Source: Nitrososphaeraceae archaeon (GTDB lineage: Archaea > Thermoproteota > Nitrososphaeria > Nitrososphaerales > Nitrososphaeraceae). Taken from it: 64,000 nucleotides of DNA. Shown one piece after another: positions 1 to 10,540 of this stretch. The notes under the pieces were generated by a model. It saw nothing but the letters and a program-made list of their open reading frames with translations. It did not search any database and was not told the origin of the DNA. The position numbers were made by a program, and so were the translations under genes. The stretch lies in NCBI GenBank assembly GCA_035762785.1, contig DASUCH010000043.1, positions 7,158 through 71,157 of the forward strand, written 5' to 3'. Every line of letters starts with the position of its first letter. Position 1 is the first letter of the stretch.

Positions 1-120
1 TATTTTTTTGTTTATTTATTTTAGTTTATAATTATGGTTCCTAATCCCTATTTAACTGAAAGAGCTAATGCATATTATAAATAGTATTTGCTAATAAATA
101 AGTATACAATCGTACTCTTC

Positions 121-157
121 TCTATCTATCTATCTATCTATTATTATTATTATTATT
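121..157. repeat. Compound microsatellite (TCTA)5 followed by about (TTA)5
   Basis: Read directly: tctatctatctatctatcta ttattattattattatt, upstream of the PAP2 gene. Confidence 0.85.
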
Positions 158-203
158 TTCAGTATGTTATTATTAAGTTAAAGAAATTTACCTATATTAA
201 ATT

Positions 204-878
204 ATGACTAGAATTCTTTATTTAACCATTATTTGCTTTGTATCTTTTATATTGTTATCTTTAATAGTAATTAATAAATCAAATAATATATATATTGAAA
301 AAATTTTAAATATTGATGTATCTCTTTTTATTGCAATAAATGAATTTCAAGTAAAACTGCCTACAGAGCTTGATCAATTTATGATTCTGATCACACTTTA
401 TGGAAGAGAAATATTTTTACCATTTGTATTGATATTGATTTTCATATTTGGAGGTAAAAATGGGAGGAAAACAGTCATTATAACTGGAATCTCTATTTTA
501 ATCCTGATTCCTCTTGTTTCTATAATTAAAGATTATATTGAAAGACCAAGACCTTTTGTTCCTGACTTGGATACACTAATGTCTGCAGATACTAATTATT
601 CATTTCCCTCCGGACATTCTACTCTCATAGTAGCTGGCGCTGTAACTACCTTGATTTTATTTAAAGGTAATAAATATACAAAAATCTTACCTATTGTTTT
701 AGTTATTGATGCAGGATTAGTATGCTTTTCAAGAATTTATGTCGGTGTTCATTATCCATTTGATGTTATAGGAGGATTTTTTTTGGGTAGCGGAATATCA
801 TTGCTAATAATTTATATTATAGATAACTTACCAAAAATAAGAACTATAATAAGTAATTACAAATGCAAAGATTTTTGA
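204..878 (+). CDS. PAP2-family membrane phosphatase (lipid/polyprenyl-pyrophosphate phosphatase-like)
   Basis: Motifs KxxxxRPRP, SFPSGH and SRIYVGVHYPFDV; several TM segments. Confidence 0.92.
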   Translation: MTRILYLTIICFVSFILLSLIVINKSNNIYIEKILNIDVSLFIAINEFQVKLPTELDQFMILITLYGREIFLPFVLILIFIFGGKNGRKTVIITGISILILIPLVSIIKDYIERPRPFVPDLDTLMSADTNYSFPSGHSTLIVAGAVTTLILFKGNKYTKILPIVLVIDAGLVCFSRIYVGVHYPFDVIGGFFLGSGISLLIIYIIDNLPKIRTIISNYKCKDF

Positions 879-1037
879 AATAACATTGTATAAATTAAGA
901 ACTTAAATAAAATATCACAAGAACACCATATTTTATTATTATCATTCCTCTCTCCTCCTCCTCCTCCTTTCTTTATTCTCATTCCTATTCTTTTCCTACT
1001 GTGAAATTTTGTGTCGGAAGATTCAAACAAATTTTGA

Positions 1038-1691
1038 TCATCTATGTCTTTCTTTTCCTAAATAGGATTTGGTAGGTAAATTCCAATTGTATTTCATTGC
1101 TAACAGTCTAAACAACGTAATAATAACTATACAGACAATCATCGAAATATAGTAATTGAAACCAAAGTATAACAGAATAAAAAAGATAATAATTCCTAAA
1201 AAACTTGCTGATGCATATAACTCTTTTATGAATACTAGAGGAATTTCTTTTACAAAAACATCTCTTACTATTCCTCCCCCGATGGCAGTAAAAATACCTG
1301 CTAAAGACATTGCTAGAAAATTTAATCCAAACATTTCATAAGCAATACTGGCTCCTATGATCGTAAAGACTCCTAAACCTATTGCATCAAACTTTAAAAA
1401 TAATTCTTTACGTTCCTTAAAAAAAGGATGTAAAAAAAATACAATAACACCTGTAGCTACGGCAATGGTTAGATAATAAGGATCTATTATAATTTTAGGT
1501 GGCAATCTGTCTAATAGAAGATCTCTGATTAACCCACCAGCTAAACCTGTACTGCTAGCTAATACTATAACTCCAACCATGTCCATTTTATATTGAATTG
1601 CTTTGAGCGCGCCGGTTACAGCAAATATCATTACACCAAATAAATCTAAAAACTGAAGTAATAATGGAATTGAGAAATAAATATTATCCAA
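1038..1691 (-). CDS. UPF0126/YadS (TRIC-channel-like) membrane protein
   Basis: Duplicated GGxxRD motif (GGLIRD, GGGIVRD), DAIGLG and ELYA motifs. Confidence 0.9.
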   Translation of the reverse strand: MDNIYFSIPLLLQFLDLFGVMIFAVTGALKAIQYKMDMVGVIVLASSTGLAGGLIRDLLLDRLPPKIIIDPYYLTIAVATGVIVFFLHPFFKERKELFLKFDAIGLGVFTIIGASIAYEMFGLNFLAMSLAGIFTAIGGGIVRDVFVKEIPLVFIKELYASASFLGIIIFFILLYFGFNYYISMIVCIVIITLFRLLAMKYNWNLPTKSYLGKERHR

Positions 1692-1767
1692 CTATAAATA
1701 TTAATTATTTCTTGATATTTATTTAAACTGATTAATTTCTCTTTTATCTATTCGATTATAAAATTTT

Positions 1768-2163
1768 TTAATGTAATGATTTTGGAGGTTTCATTCCGTT
1801 CTTGTCTAATACAATATAAACTTCTGGAATAGAATAAACAAATCCTATGTGAACACAATCTATTTTTTCATCTAGCAAACATCGTAGTTCACCATTTCGT
1901 AATATAACTTCTGCTATTCTATTTCTTTTATTATCCTTTACTAATACTCGATCAGAGTCAATTGAAATTTTTTCCATAAAAGGAGCTTGTTTAGCAAATG
2001 CTTCATGCTTTAACATCATCTCCTCCATCATGCTTGTAAGATATCCTGAAAAACTTGTTATTCCTTTTAGTTCTAAATCATTCTTTCTTTTTTCATAAAT
2101 ATTAAAGAATTTTTTATAGATGTTCTCACTGACTGTAATTGATTTAAAACCAGACTTAGGCAC
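1768..2163 (-). CDS. Conserved archaeal hypothetical protein; RHH-like N-terminus, C-terminal C..C-x-H motif
   Basis: N-terminal KSITVSENIY strand-helix pattern; C-terminal LRCLLDEKIDCVHIGF. Confidence 0.7.
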   Translation of the reverse strand: MPKSGFKSITVSENIYKKFFNIYEKRKNDLELKGITSFSGYLTSMMEEMMLKHEAFAKQAPFMEKISIDSDRVLVKDNKRNRIAEVILRNGELRCLLDEKIDCVHIGFVYSIPEVYIVLDKNGMKPPKSLH

Positions 2164-2358
2164 TCTGATACCGTATTAGACTGTAACATATAAGATTTAC
2201 TATATTAACTTTATAAATAGAAATTAGATCTAGATGATGAACTAATTTTTATTTTATTTTATTTTAATATAATTGAAAACTAAATATCTAAAAATACTAT
2301 TAGACAGATATTTATTAAATTTTTAATAATAAAACCATGAATTATTTAATAAAATCTT

Positions 2359-3192
2359 TTATATAAACACTTTTAAATAATTATAGGCTTGTTTTGCTGC
2401 ATAAATGGGATTATTCTGATATGGATATAATTCTACAGTAACAAATCCTTTATATCCAATCTTTTTTATTGTATCAAAAACTTGTTCAAAATCTATAGAA
2501 CCTATTCCAGGGATAAGATGATAGTGAACTCTATTATTGGCTATGTCTGATAAATGAAAATGCTCTATATAATCAATTAATTTTAATATTGTTTCAGAGG
2601 GATCTTCTTTGACACAATAAAAATGTCCAATATCAAAATTTAATTTTACATAATCAGAACTTATTGTTTTCATTAATTGTAAAAATTCCTGAGAGTTCTC
2701 AATAAGGAGAGAAGGTTCTGGTTCAACTAATATTTTTATATCATTTTCTTCTGCAATAGATTTGACTTTTTTTAACCCCTCTGCGAATATTTTCAGTTGG
2801 ATATTTGATTCTATTTTATTCTTTTTTATATTAATCGGACCTCCTGGTTCAGTTGAAAGGTTTTTCGCACCTAAGTTTTTAGCCAAATAAATGCAATCTA
2901 TTGTATGTTTAACCCTGATTTCTCGTAAATTATTATCATTTTCAATCCATGAAGGATGATAAACATCTCCTATGGCATATAATGTAAAGGCATTCAGGTT
3001 AGAAATTCCTATATTCAAATTTGCAATCAAATTTTTTATTTTTTTAGCTTGTTCTTTTGAAAACTCTGGAGGATAAGCATGTGGTGTATCACATAAAATT
3101 TCTACTCCTTTATAACCTATTTTAGCTATTTCTCTTATAGCAGTATCAAGTGAAAATTTCTTAAAAGCGTTTGAACTAAATGAAAGTAACAT
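2359..3192 (-). CDS. Sugar-phosphate isomerase/epimerase (xylose isomerase-like TIM barrel)
   Basis: GYKGVEI, LVEPEP, NFDIGH, HFHLSD, HLIPGxG and VTVELY metal-binding motifs. Confidence 0.9.
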   Translation of the reverse strand: MLLSFSSNAFKKFSLDTAIREIAKIGYKGVEILCDTPHAYPPEFSKEQAKKIKNLIANLNIGISNLNAFTLYAIGDVYHPSWIENDNNLREIRVKHTIDCIYLAKNLGAKNLSTEPGGPINIKKNKIESNIQLKIFAEGLKKVKSIAEENDIKILVEPEPSLLIENSQEFLQLMKTISSDYVKLNFDIGHFYCVKEDPSETILKLIDYIEHFHLSDIANNRVHYHLIPGIGSIDFEQVFDTIKKIGYKGFVTVELYPYQNNPIYAAKQAYNYLKVFI

Positions 3193-3231
3193 TTCTAATT
3201 TACCAGTTTTGAATTTATTGTAATGAATATT

Positions 3232-4053
3232 CTAACACTGAATTTGAGGATTCCAAGTAAATTTATCTGATTGTTTATAAAAATCATATGCATTAAACAT
3301 TGTAACTTTTTCTATTTCATTTTTTTTAAATCCTTCTTTTCTCATTTCTCTAGCAACTAATGGAACACTCAATGGATCGGAAATCCCCCAATCAGCTGCA
3401 CTATTTATCATTATACTATCTGATCCATTTTTTCTTATAATATCCATTGCTCTCTTTGGTGTAAGTTTCGTTAAAGGATAAACCGAAAGACCTGCCCACA
3501 ATCCCATTTCCAATGTTTTTTTTATTGTTTCTTCCGTATTATGATCGATCAGAATTTTCTTTCTATCATATTTATTACTATTTTGATTTAGTATTTCTTC
3601 AATCCTTTCTATTCCTTTAGTTTTATTTTGATGAGGTAAATGAATCATAATAGGAATCTTTTTAATGGTTGCAATGTCTAGCTGTTTTAAAAAAATCTCT
3701 TCTTCTAATTCGTTAATAAGGTTGTAGCCTATTTCACCAATTGCTACAACTCTTTCTCTGTCTATAAACTTTAACATCGCTTGTAGTGCATCTAACGCTA
3801 ATGGTCTCTGTACAGATTCTTTAGGATTTACGGAAATGCATACGAAATGTTCAATTCCAAATTGTTTAGCTCTTGTAGTTTCGAACGATATAAGGTGTTC
3901 CCAATAATCAATAAACGTCCCAACAAAAGTTCTTGGACCTCCCAGCCAAAAAGAGGGTTGTACTATAACTTCTATTCCGGCTTTAGACATAGCATCATAG
4001 TCATCAGTAGTTCGAGAATACATATGAATATGGGGATCGAAGAATCCAGACAT
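3232..4053 (-). CDS. TatD-family metallohydrolase, EboB-like
   Basis: FDPHIHMYSRTTDDY, QPSFWLG, GEIG, IDHN and NSAADWG motifs typical of the EboB subgroup. Confidence 0.85.
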   Translation of the reverse strand: MSGFFDPHIHMYSRTTDDYDAMSKAGIEVIVQPSFWLGGPRTFVGTFIDYWEHLISFETTRAKQFGIEHFVCISVNPKESVQRPLALDALQAMLKFIDRERVVAIGEIGYNLINELEEEIFLKQLDIATIKKIPIMIHLPHQNKTKGIERIEEILNQNSNKYDRKKILIDHNTEETIKKTLEMGLWAGLSVYPLTKLTPKRAMDIIRKNGSDSIMINSAADWGISDPLSVPLVAREMRKEGFKKNEIEKVTMFNAYDFYKQSDKFTWNPQIQC

Positions 4054-4435
4054 TTACTTATAAAATTATCCAAGTTGTATTAAATGTATATCTTATAACA
4101 TTCTCAATACAATTTCATGATGATATATCTGGTGTAGTTTTTTTTATTTATCGTAATTATCAGATATTTTAGAATAATGTTATCTCATAATTGGATAAAA
4201 ATTATGAGAAATATTATGTATACTAATTATTTATTTTTGATGTATTTATTGTCTGATATAAAGTAAAAGGTAATTACATTTACATGTTAATATTTATTAT
4301 TTTTTAAAAAATTAAAAATTGAAAATTATTTTGATTATAAACAAAATATTTTGATTAAAATTAAATATATTTTTATGTTGAATTAAATCTAAAACGAACA
4401 ACTAATAAGATATTAAATCATAAGACAACTAGTCA

Positions 4436-5407
4436 TTGAAGAATAATTTAAGTTCAACTAATACTACTACTAACATTAAAAGTATTTACAATAACTCCTC
4501 CTCTACTATGTTGTCGACTGATCTTGTAGGAATACATCTTAGAAACCCTCTTCTTCTTGCATCAGGATTTTTAGGCATTTCTCAGCAAGTTTTTAACAGA
4601 TTATACAATGATGGTTTAGGAGCTATAGTTAGTAAATCAATAAGTGTTAGTCCTCTAGATGGATATCAAGGTCCCACAGTTGTTTGTCTTGGAGAAAAAG
4701 GTTATTTGAATGCTGTAGGGCTTGCTAATCCAGGATCTGATGCATTTGCTCATGAAATCATGAATAATAAAATTCCTCTTATCGTTAGCATTGTTGGATC
4801 TAGTCAGTCAGATTTTCCAAAACTAATAAGGAAATTTGATAAATTGAATATCTTAGGTTATGAGATAAATCTTTCTTGTCCACATGTTGCAAAGATGGGC
4901 ATGGAAGTTGGTGATGACCCAGATTTGGTAACTAAAATAATTAAGACTATAAAGTCAAAAACTAAAAAACCTGTAATTATCAAAGTTGGAATAGGAAATA
5001 TCGATGTTTTAAAACTTGCGATGATAATAAAGGAATCAGGAGCTGATGCCATCACTGCAATAAATACTATCAGAGCAATGGCGATAAATGTAGAAACCGG
5101 AATGCCCATTCTGAGCAATAAAGTCGGTGGACTGTCTGGTATTCCTTTAAAATCCATAGGAGTCAGATGTGTTTATGAAATATCTAAAAAAATCGATATT
5201 CCTGTAATTGGATGTGGCGGAATATTCACATGGGAAGATGCAATAGAATACTTTTTGGCAGGTGCAACAGCGATAGAATTAGGATCTGTTATCGGATATA
5301 CAGGTTTGAAAGCATTCAATGAAATAAAATTAGGAATTACAGAATATCTGCAGAAGAAAGATTGTAAAAATATAAAGGAGATTGTTGGTCTTGCACATAA
5401 ATATTGA
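4436..5407 (+). CDS. pyrD: Dihydroorotate dehydrogenase family 1B, catalytic subunit (true start may be the ATG near 4508)
   Basis: LASG, NAVGLANPG, EINLSCPH, INT, GGLSG and GCGGI motifs. Confidence 0.95.
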   Translation: MKNNLSSTNTTTNIKSIYNNSSSTMLSTDLVGIHLRNPLLLASGFLGISQQVFNRLYNDGLGAIVSKSISVSPLDGYQGPTVVCLGEKGYLNAVGLANPGSDAFAHEIMNNKIPLIVSIVGSSQSDFPKLIRKFDKLNILGYEINLSCPHVAKMGMEVGDDPDLVTKIIKTIKSKTKKPVIIKVGIGNIDVLKLAMIIKESGADAITAINTIRAMAINVETGMPILSNKVGGLSGIPLKSIGVRCVYEISKKIDIPVIGCGGIFTWEDAIEYFLAGATAIELGSVIGYTGLKAFNEIKLGITEYLQKKDCKNIKEIVGLAHKY

Positions 5408-6212
5408 TAAAATACGAATGGTTGTTATTGAAGAAGTAATAGAGGAAACTCCTTCGGTAAAGACTTTTGTTTTTGATGATATGTTATCTTCAAATGCAAA
5501 ACCTGGACAATTTTTAATGGTGTGGATACCAAGGGCAGAAGAAATTCCAATGAGTGTGATGATCTCAAAAAAGAAAAATCACGCTGCTATCACTATACGT
5601 AAACATGGATTTGGATCTACTTCTTTGTTTGAAAAAAAACATAATGATCTAATTGGAGTACGCGGGCCTTATGGCAATTATTTTAGTTTAAGTAAGAAAA
5701 TAAAACGTCCTTTGTTAGTAGGAGGTGGAACTGGTTTGGTTCCCTTGATGCGTCTCACTACTTTATTTAGTCAAAAGCAAGAGCAATGTACAATAATTAT
5801 GGGTGCACAAACACACAAAGAGGTACTTTTCAAAGGTCTCGCAGAAGAATTATTAGGTAAAATAAGAACTACCATTCTTGTCACCACTGAAGACGGTAGT
5901 TATGGAATAAAAGGAGTGGTAACAGATGCTTTAAAATATATTTTAAAAAAAGATAAATTTGATATGATCTATACCTGCGGTCCCGAACTTATGATGATGG
6001 GCATTTATAATTTATCAGTGGCTAATTCTATTCCCATTCAAGCTAGCCTAGAAAGATACATGAAATGTGGAATAGGGATTTGTGCCAGTTGTTGTATAAA
6101 TGACAAACTTGTTTGCAAAGATGGTACTGTCTTTAACGAGAATCAATTATCTGAAATGTCAGAATTTGGAAAAGCTTTCAGAGATAAATCTGGTCGTCCA
6201 TCCTCTTATTAA
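5382..6212 (+). CDS. pyrK: Dihydroorotate dehydrogenase electron-transfer subunit
   Basis: PGQF, RGPYG, GGGTG, CGP and ERYMKCGIGICASC...VCKDG [2Fe-2S] motifs; adjacent to pyrD. Confidence 0.95.
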   Translation: MLVLHINIDKIRMVVIEEVIEETPSVKTFVFDDMLSSNAKPGQFLMVWIPRAEEIPMSVMISKKKNHAAITIRKHGFGSTSLFEKKHNDLIGVRGPYGNYFSLSKKIKRPLLVGGGTGLVPLMRLTTLFSQKQEQCTIIMGAQTHKEVLFKGLAEELLGKIRTTILVTTEDGSYGIKGVVTDALKYILKKDKFDMIYTCGPELMMMGIYNLSVANSIPIQASLERYMKCGIGICASCCINDKLVCKDGTVFNENQLSEMSEFGKAFRDKSGRPSSY

Positions 6213-6259
6213 TTAAATTAATAATTAATACGTTAAACAAGGTTTTTCAGAATTTATTG

Positions 6260-7771
6260 CTATAATAAGTAGAGGGGGGAAGAAGAAGAGGAAGAAGAAG
6301 AAGAGGAAGAAGAAGAAGAGGAAGAGGGAGTGGATGTTGATAACTTTCTGAGGTCTTTTTCTTTATTTTCAAATCCTTTAGCTCTAAACGACCTAATTTT
6401 TTTACTAATTTTTGATCTTCTAAGGATATATTTATCAATATCCATGTCTTTGATATTCAAAAGTGGTTTGCCTTTTTTTCCAACTTTTCCAATAACTTCT
6501 GGTTCAAGATGTATTTTTTTCAAGTCTTGGATTATTGACTCAGTACATTCTCTTGAGGCTATTATCAGATGACAACCATTAAATGAAGAAGTAGAATGTT
6601 GGACTAAATATTCTTTAACAGCATATGAACACATTTCCTTATTTTTAATTGGAATCTTATCTACTATTATTTCATAATCTATGTAGTCAACTAACTTTTT
6701 GATAGCTAGAATACCTTGGGTTAAAACAGGAAATACCGCAGTTATATGTGAAGCTTTATCAAATTTTCCTTCAAAAGCAGGGCAATATTTGTTTATTAGT
6801 TTTCCAAGTTCAAATCTTGGATGACTCAAATTATTAATGATGTTATCTTTTTCCTTTTCAAGTTTAGTAGTTACTATACCATGTTTTTCAAAAACAGATA
6901 TGTTTTCCTCATTAATTTTTGTTAACAAAAATAGACTAAAGGGAATTAGAGAACCAAATTTATCAGTAATTATAACATTCATTTCCTCTTCTATCTCTGT
7001 GTATCTTGTAGGAATTTCTTTGTATGTTGTAGCAGTAGCACTGGCCCCAAAAAATAGGGTGCCAATTTTCAGAGAACTATAATCTTCCATATAGATATTA
7101 TTAGATAGGGTAATTGAATCTAAATTCTGTCTGGTCGCATCAAGCATTTCTTCTTTTGGTGCATCATAGATAGGAAAAATTTTAAATTCGTCTATACAAC
7201 CCAGTAAATTTAGATTTTCTATCGCTCCAGCAACTGTTATTTTACAATGAATGTCAGATTCAGGAGAACATAAAACGTCGGTTACCTTGGTTATATAATT
7301 ATTAGCAGCAATGTATCCTACTTTATTTCCTCTTCTTGTTTCAATAAAGTCTATCAACGCAAATTGACTTTTTGAAGAGGTATTTATTGAACTAATTTTT
7401 TTAGTTACACATTTCGATTTAATGCTATTAATTAACTTTGACAAAAGATGGAGAAATTTTTCTTGGTTGTCAACAATTTCCTTATTCAATTGGATAATTG
7501 CTAGTGATTTTTTGATACCTGTCTCACTTTGCTGAATATCCAAGTCGGATAAATTATAAATTCTTCTAGTAACTTCAGGAATCTTTCTTTCACTTTTATA
7601 GAACCAATCAAACCAATCTGGTATAATTTTCCAATTTGTACCTTTAATTTTATTGAGAGAAGATTCTAACAAATCTGGATCAATTTCATTAGAAAAATTA
7701 GAAAGCCAATTTAGCGGCTCAAAACCATATTCTTTGTACTTGTAAATATTATTCCAAAAATCTGTATTCAA
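6260..7771 (-). CDS. SelD/AIR-synthase-like (PurM-fold) protein with a C-terminal poly-Ser tail
   Basis: TDVLCSP...AGAIENL segment, GASAT, VIITDKFG and C-terminal 'LIIAS...PEVIGKV' resemble the SelD/PurM fold; no N-terminal Cys/Sec motif. Confidence 0.6.
   Translation of the reverse strand: MNTDFWNNIYKYKEYGFEPLNWLSNFSNEIDPDLLESSLNKIKGTNWKIIPDWFDWFYKSERKIPEVTRRIYNLSDLDIQQSETGIKKSLAIIQLNKEIVDNQEKFLHLLSKLINSIKSKCVTKKISSINTSSKSQFALIDFIETRRGNKVGYIAANNYITKVTDVLCSPESDIHCKITVAGAIENLNLLGCIDEFKIFPIYDAPKEEMLDATRQNLDSITLSNNIYMEDYSSLKIGTLFFGASATATTYKEIPTRYTEIEEEMNVIITDKFGSLIPFSLFLLTKINEENISVFEKHGIVTTKLEKEKDNIINNLSHPRFELGKLINKYCPAFEGKFDKASHITAVFPVLTQGILAIKKLVDYIDYEIIVDKIPIKNKEMCSYAVKEYLVQHSTSSFNGCHLIIASRECTESIIQDLKKIHLEPEVIGKVGKKGKPLLNIKDMDIDKYILRRSKISKKIRSFRAKGFENKEKDLRKLSTSTPSSSSSSSSSSSSSSSSPLYLL
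6279..6326. repeat. GAA/GAG trinucleotide repeat (15-nt period) encoding 16 consecutive Ser on the minus strand
   Basis: Read directly: gaagaagaagaggaagaagaagaagaggaagaagaagaagaggaagag. Confidence 0.9.
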
Positions 7772-8155
7772 TATAATCTATGTAATGAATTATAGTAATG
7801 ATATTAAAATATAGATATTTTTGTTAATTTATTAATTATTAACTCCATCTTTATCTTACCTGTAAGTCATATTTTATCAGAGTAAAATAGGGTTTTTGCA
7901 CAAGATGTCAAAATATCCCAAGGCGGTAAGGCAGTTGTTATTAAAAATACTTTAATTTCATTTCTATATGATAAAGACTCCCACAGCTATTTATTTATTC
8001 AATAGGTCGTCATCACGATAAGCCTTTAATACCCTGTATAAAAAAATTCGCGAAGAATTATCCATTATATTCACAGGATAAAGCTTTTTATAATTTGATA
8101 TTTTACTTTAGCAACTCAAAATAAATATATACATTTTTAAATAAAATATATTATT

Positions 8156-8974
8156 GTGATAGAATCTAATTCTGCTGAGCATAGTATAGAGGATATCAAT
8201 TTTACATTTTTAAAGAATGCAAATCAAAGATCTAAGCATAATTATATTATAAATGATTTGGCCAACAGATTTGAAAAATTATTTGCAACAGATATTCTTA
8301 AATGGTCAATTGAAAAGTTTGGAACTAAAATTGCATTGGCATCAAGTTTTGGTGCTGAAGATGTTGCAATTATTGATATGATGGTCAAAATAGATAAAAG
8401 TAAAACGAAAATAGTGACCTTGGATACAGGTAGATTAAACCAAGAAACATATGATGTTATGGATAAAATTCGTAAAAAATATGATATTTCTATAGAATCA
8501 TATTTTCCAGATTCACAGCAAGTTGAAGAGATGGTTTATAAAAAAGGGTTTAATCTCATGTATGAAAGTCTAGAAAATAGAAAATTATGCTGTAAAATAA
8601 GAAAGGTAAATCCACTTAATCGAGCTCTTGCCTCTCTTGATGGATGGATAACCGGTCTAAGAAGAGAACAAGCAGTTACCCGTTTCAATATAAAAAAAAT
8701 CGAGCTCGATCCAACTCATAATGATATTATAAAGATTAATCCCATTGCTGATTGGAGTGAAGATATGGTTTGGGAATACATAAAAGAAAATCAGGTTCCA
8801 TATAATAAATTACATGATATCGGATTCCCAAGTATTGGCTGTGAACCATGTACTCGTGCTATTACAAAAGGAGAAAATCCTAGATCTGGCAGATGGTGGT
8901 GGGAAGAAACATCTCAAAAGGAATGTGGACTTCACATTGACCCGAATATAACAAAAAAATCTGAACTTTTATAA
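8156..8974 (+). CDS. cysH: APS/PAPS reductase (Fe-S, APS-reductase type)
   Basis: SSFGAED, LDTG, CCKIRK, WITGLRREQ, SIGCEPCT and ECGLH motifs. Confidence 0.95.
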   Translation: MIESNSAEHSIEDINFTFLKNANQRSKHNYIINDLANRFEKLFATDILKWSIEKFGTKIALASSFGAEDVAIIDMMVKIDKSKTKIVTLDTGRLNQETYDVMDKIRKKYDISIESYFPDSQQVEEMVYKKGFNLMYESLENRKLCCKIRKVNPLNRALASLDGWITGLRREQAVTRFNIKKIELDPTHNDIIKINPIADWSEDMVWEYIKENQVPYNKLHDIGFPSIGCEPCTRAITKGENPRSGRWWWEETSQKECGLHIDPNITKKSELL

Positions 8975-9207
8975 AGATAACAATAATCCTCCTTATACAT
9001 ATAAGAGACTGTAAAAATATCTGCAATAATCAATTTTGATTTTACCCATACACAGTAGATCTCACATTGGTTGCAAGAGCATTTTATCCACAAATAGCGG
9101 TTATTATATTTATGTACAAGTTTTATTATCATACTAGATATAATTGCAACATTATAATGATATTTGAAAAGAGTTAATAATACAATTAATGGTCTAAAGT
9201 ATAAAAA

Positions 9208-10380
9208 TTGGAGAATATTTCTATCCAAAATAATATTATAAAAAAAATTCCGGAGCCGCATGGCGGTCGACTTGTAAATAGAATTTTTGAATCAACAAAT
9301 ATCAATACCAAGGATATGTTTTCCATTGAAATTGATGATAATCTTAGAAATGATGTTGAAAATATCGGAGATGGTATTTTTAGTCCGTTAGAAGGTTTTA
9401 TTGGAAAAGATGACTTTGAAAGTATTTTAAAATTTGGAAGATTAAAAAATGGATTGCCGTGGACAATTCCTATAATTCTAGATGTAGAAGAACCAATTGC
9501 AAAAAAAATACAAGATTATCGAGAAATATCACTAAAAAATAAAGGTGAACATTTTGCCACTCTACATTTTGATGAGTTATATTCCTATAATAAATTAGCA
9601 ATGGTAAGGGCATTATACCAATCTGAGAATGAACAACATCCTGGAGTATCCAAGACCTTTCAAATGAAAGATTATTTAGTTTCTGGAAGAATCGATATCT
9701 ATAAAAGAATAAATAACTCCAAATTACGAAATTATAGATTAGAACCAATAAAGACAAGAGAAGAGATAAAAAAAAGAGGATGGAAGACCATAGTGGGGTT
9801 TCAAACCAGAAATATTCCTCACATCGCACATGAAATGCTTCAAAAAGCGGCTTTAAATATCTATGATGGGTTATTCCTCAACCCTTTGATCGGAAAAAAG
9901 AAAATAGGTGATTTTAAAGACGAATTGATACTTGAATCCTATCTAAAGTTAATAGAAAATTATTATCCACAAGATAGAGTGATGTTTGTTACTCTTCATA
10001 CAGAAATGAGGTATGCAGGACCAAAAGAGGCTATCCATCATGCAATTATGAGAAAAAACTTTGGCTGTTCTCATTTTATAATAGGCAGAGACCATGCTGG
10101 TGTAGGTGATTATTACCATCCATTTGCAGCTCACGAAATCTTTAAAGAATATCCTGATATTGGAATTGAACCAATATTTTTCCCATCATTTTATTACTGT
10201 AAAAAATGCTTAGGATATGCTAATGAAAGAAATTGTCCTCATGGTTCAGAGTATAAAGAAGAATTATCAGGGACAAAAATGAGAAAAATGGTCACTTCTG
10301 GAGAGATGCCAGGAAAACATTTAATGAGGCCAGAAATTGCAGACATAATTGTAAAATTTCAAGATCCATTTGTTTCTTAA
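9208..10380 (+). CDS. sat: Sulfate adenylyltransferase
   Basis: PHGGRL, FSPLEGF, FQTRNIPHIAHE, MRYAGPKEA and GRDHAG motifs. Confidence 0.97.
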   Translation: MENISIQNNIIKKIPEPHGGRLVNRIFESTNINTKDMFSIEIDDNLRNDVENIGDGIFSPLEGFIGKDDFESILKFGRLKNGLPWTIPIILDVEEPIAKKIQDYREISLKNKGEHFATLHFDELYSYNKLAMVRALYQSENEQHPGVSKTFQMKDYLVSGRIDIYKRINNSKLRNYRLEPIKTREEIKKRGWKTIVGFQTRNIPHIAHEMLQKAALNIYDGLFLNPLIGKKKIGDFKDELILESYLKLIENYYPQDRVMFVTLHTEMRYAGPKEAIHHAIMRKNFGCSHFIIGRDHAGVGDYYHPFAAHEIFKEYPDIGIEPIFFPSFYYCKKCLGYANERNCPHGSEYKEELSGTKMRKMVTSGEMPGKHLMRPEIADIIVKFQDPFVS

Positions 10381-10540
10381 AATTTTGCTGTGGTACAAAA
10401 ATTCTAGCATTTTTAGAATTCTTTTTGGGTATTTTACTTAAAATGATTTAATAAGGTTGATTCTATAAATTAATTTTATTGTTCTCCTGTTTTTTAATCT
10501 TTGATTTACGTTCATATTACTCTAAATAAATTTATATAAA

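Noticed and set aside
6247..6438. 63-aa ORF with PLLLL repeats
   Set aside because: Alternate-frame reading of the poly-Ser microsatellite inside the SelD-like gene
8932..9261. 109-aa minus-strand ORF with Cys cluster CSCNQC
   Set aside because: Overlaps both cysH and sat antisense and has AT-driven composition; no recognisable domain
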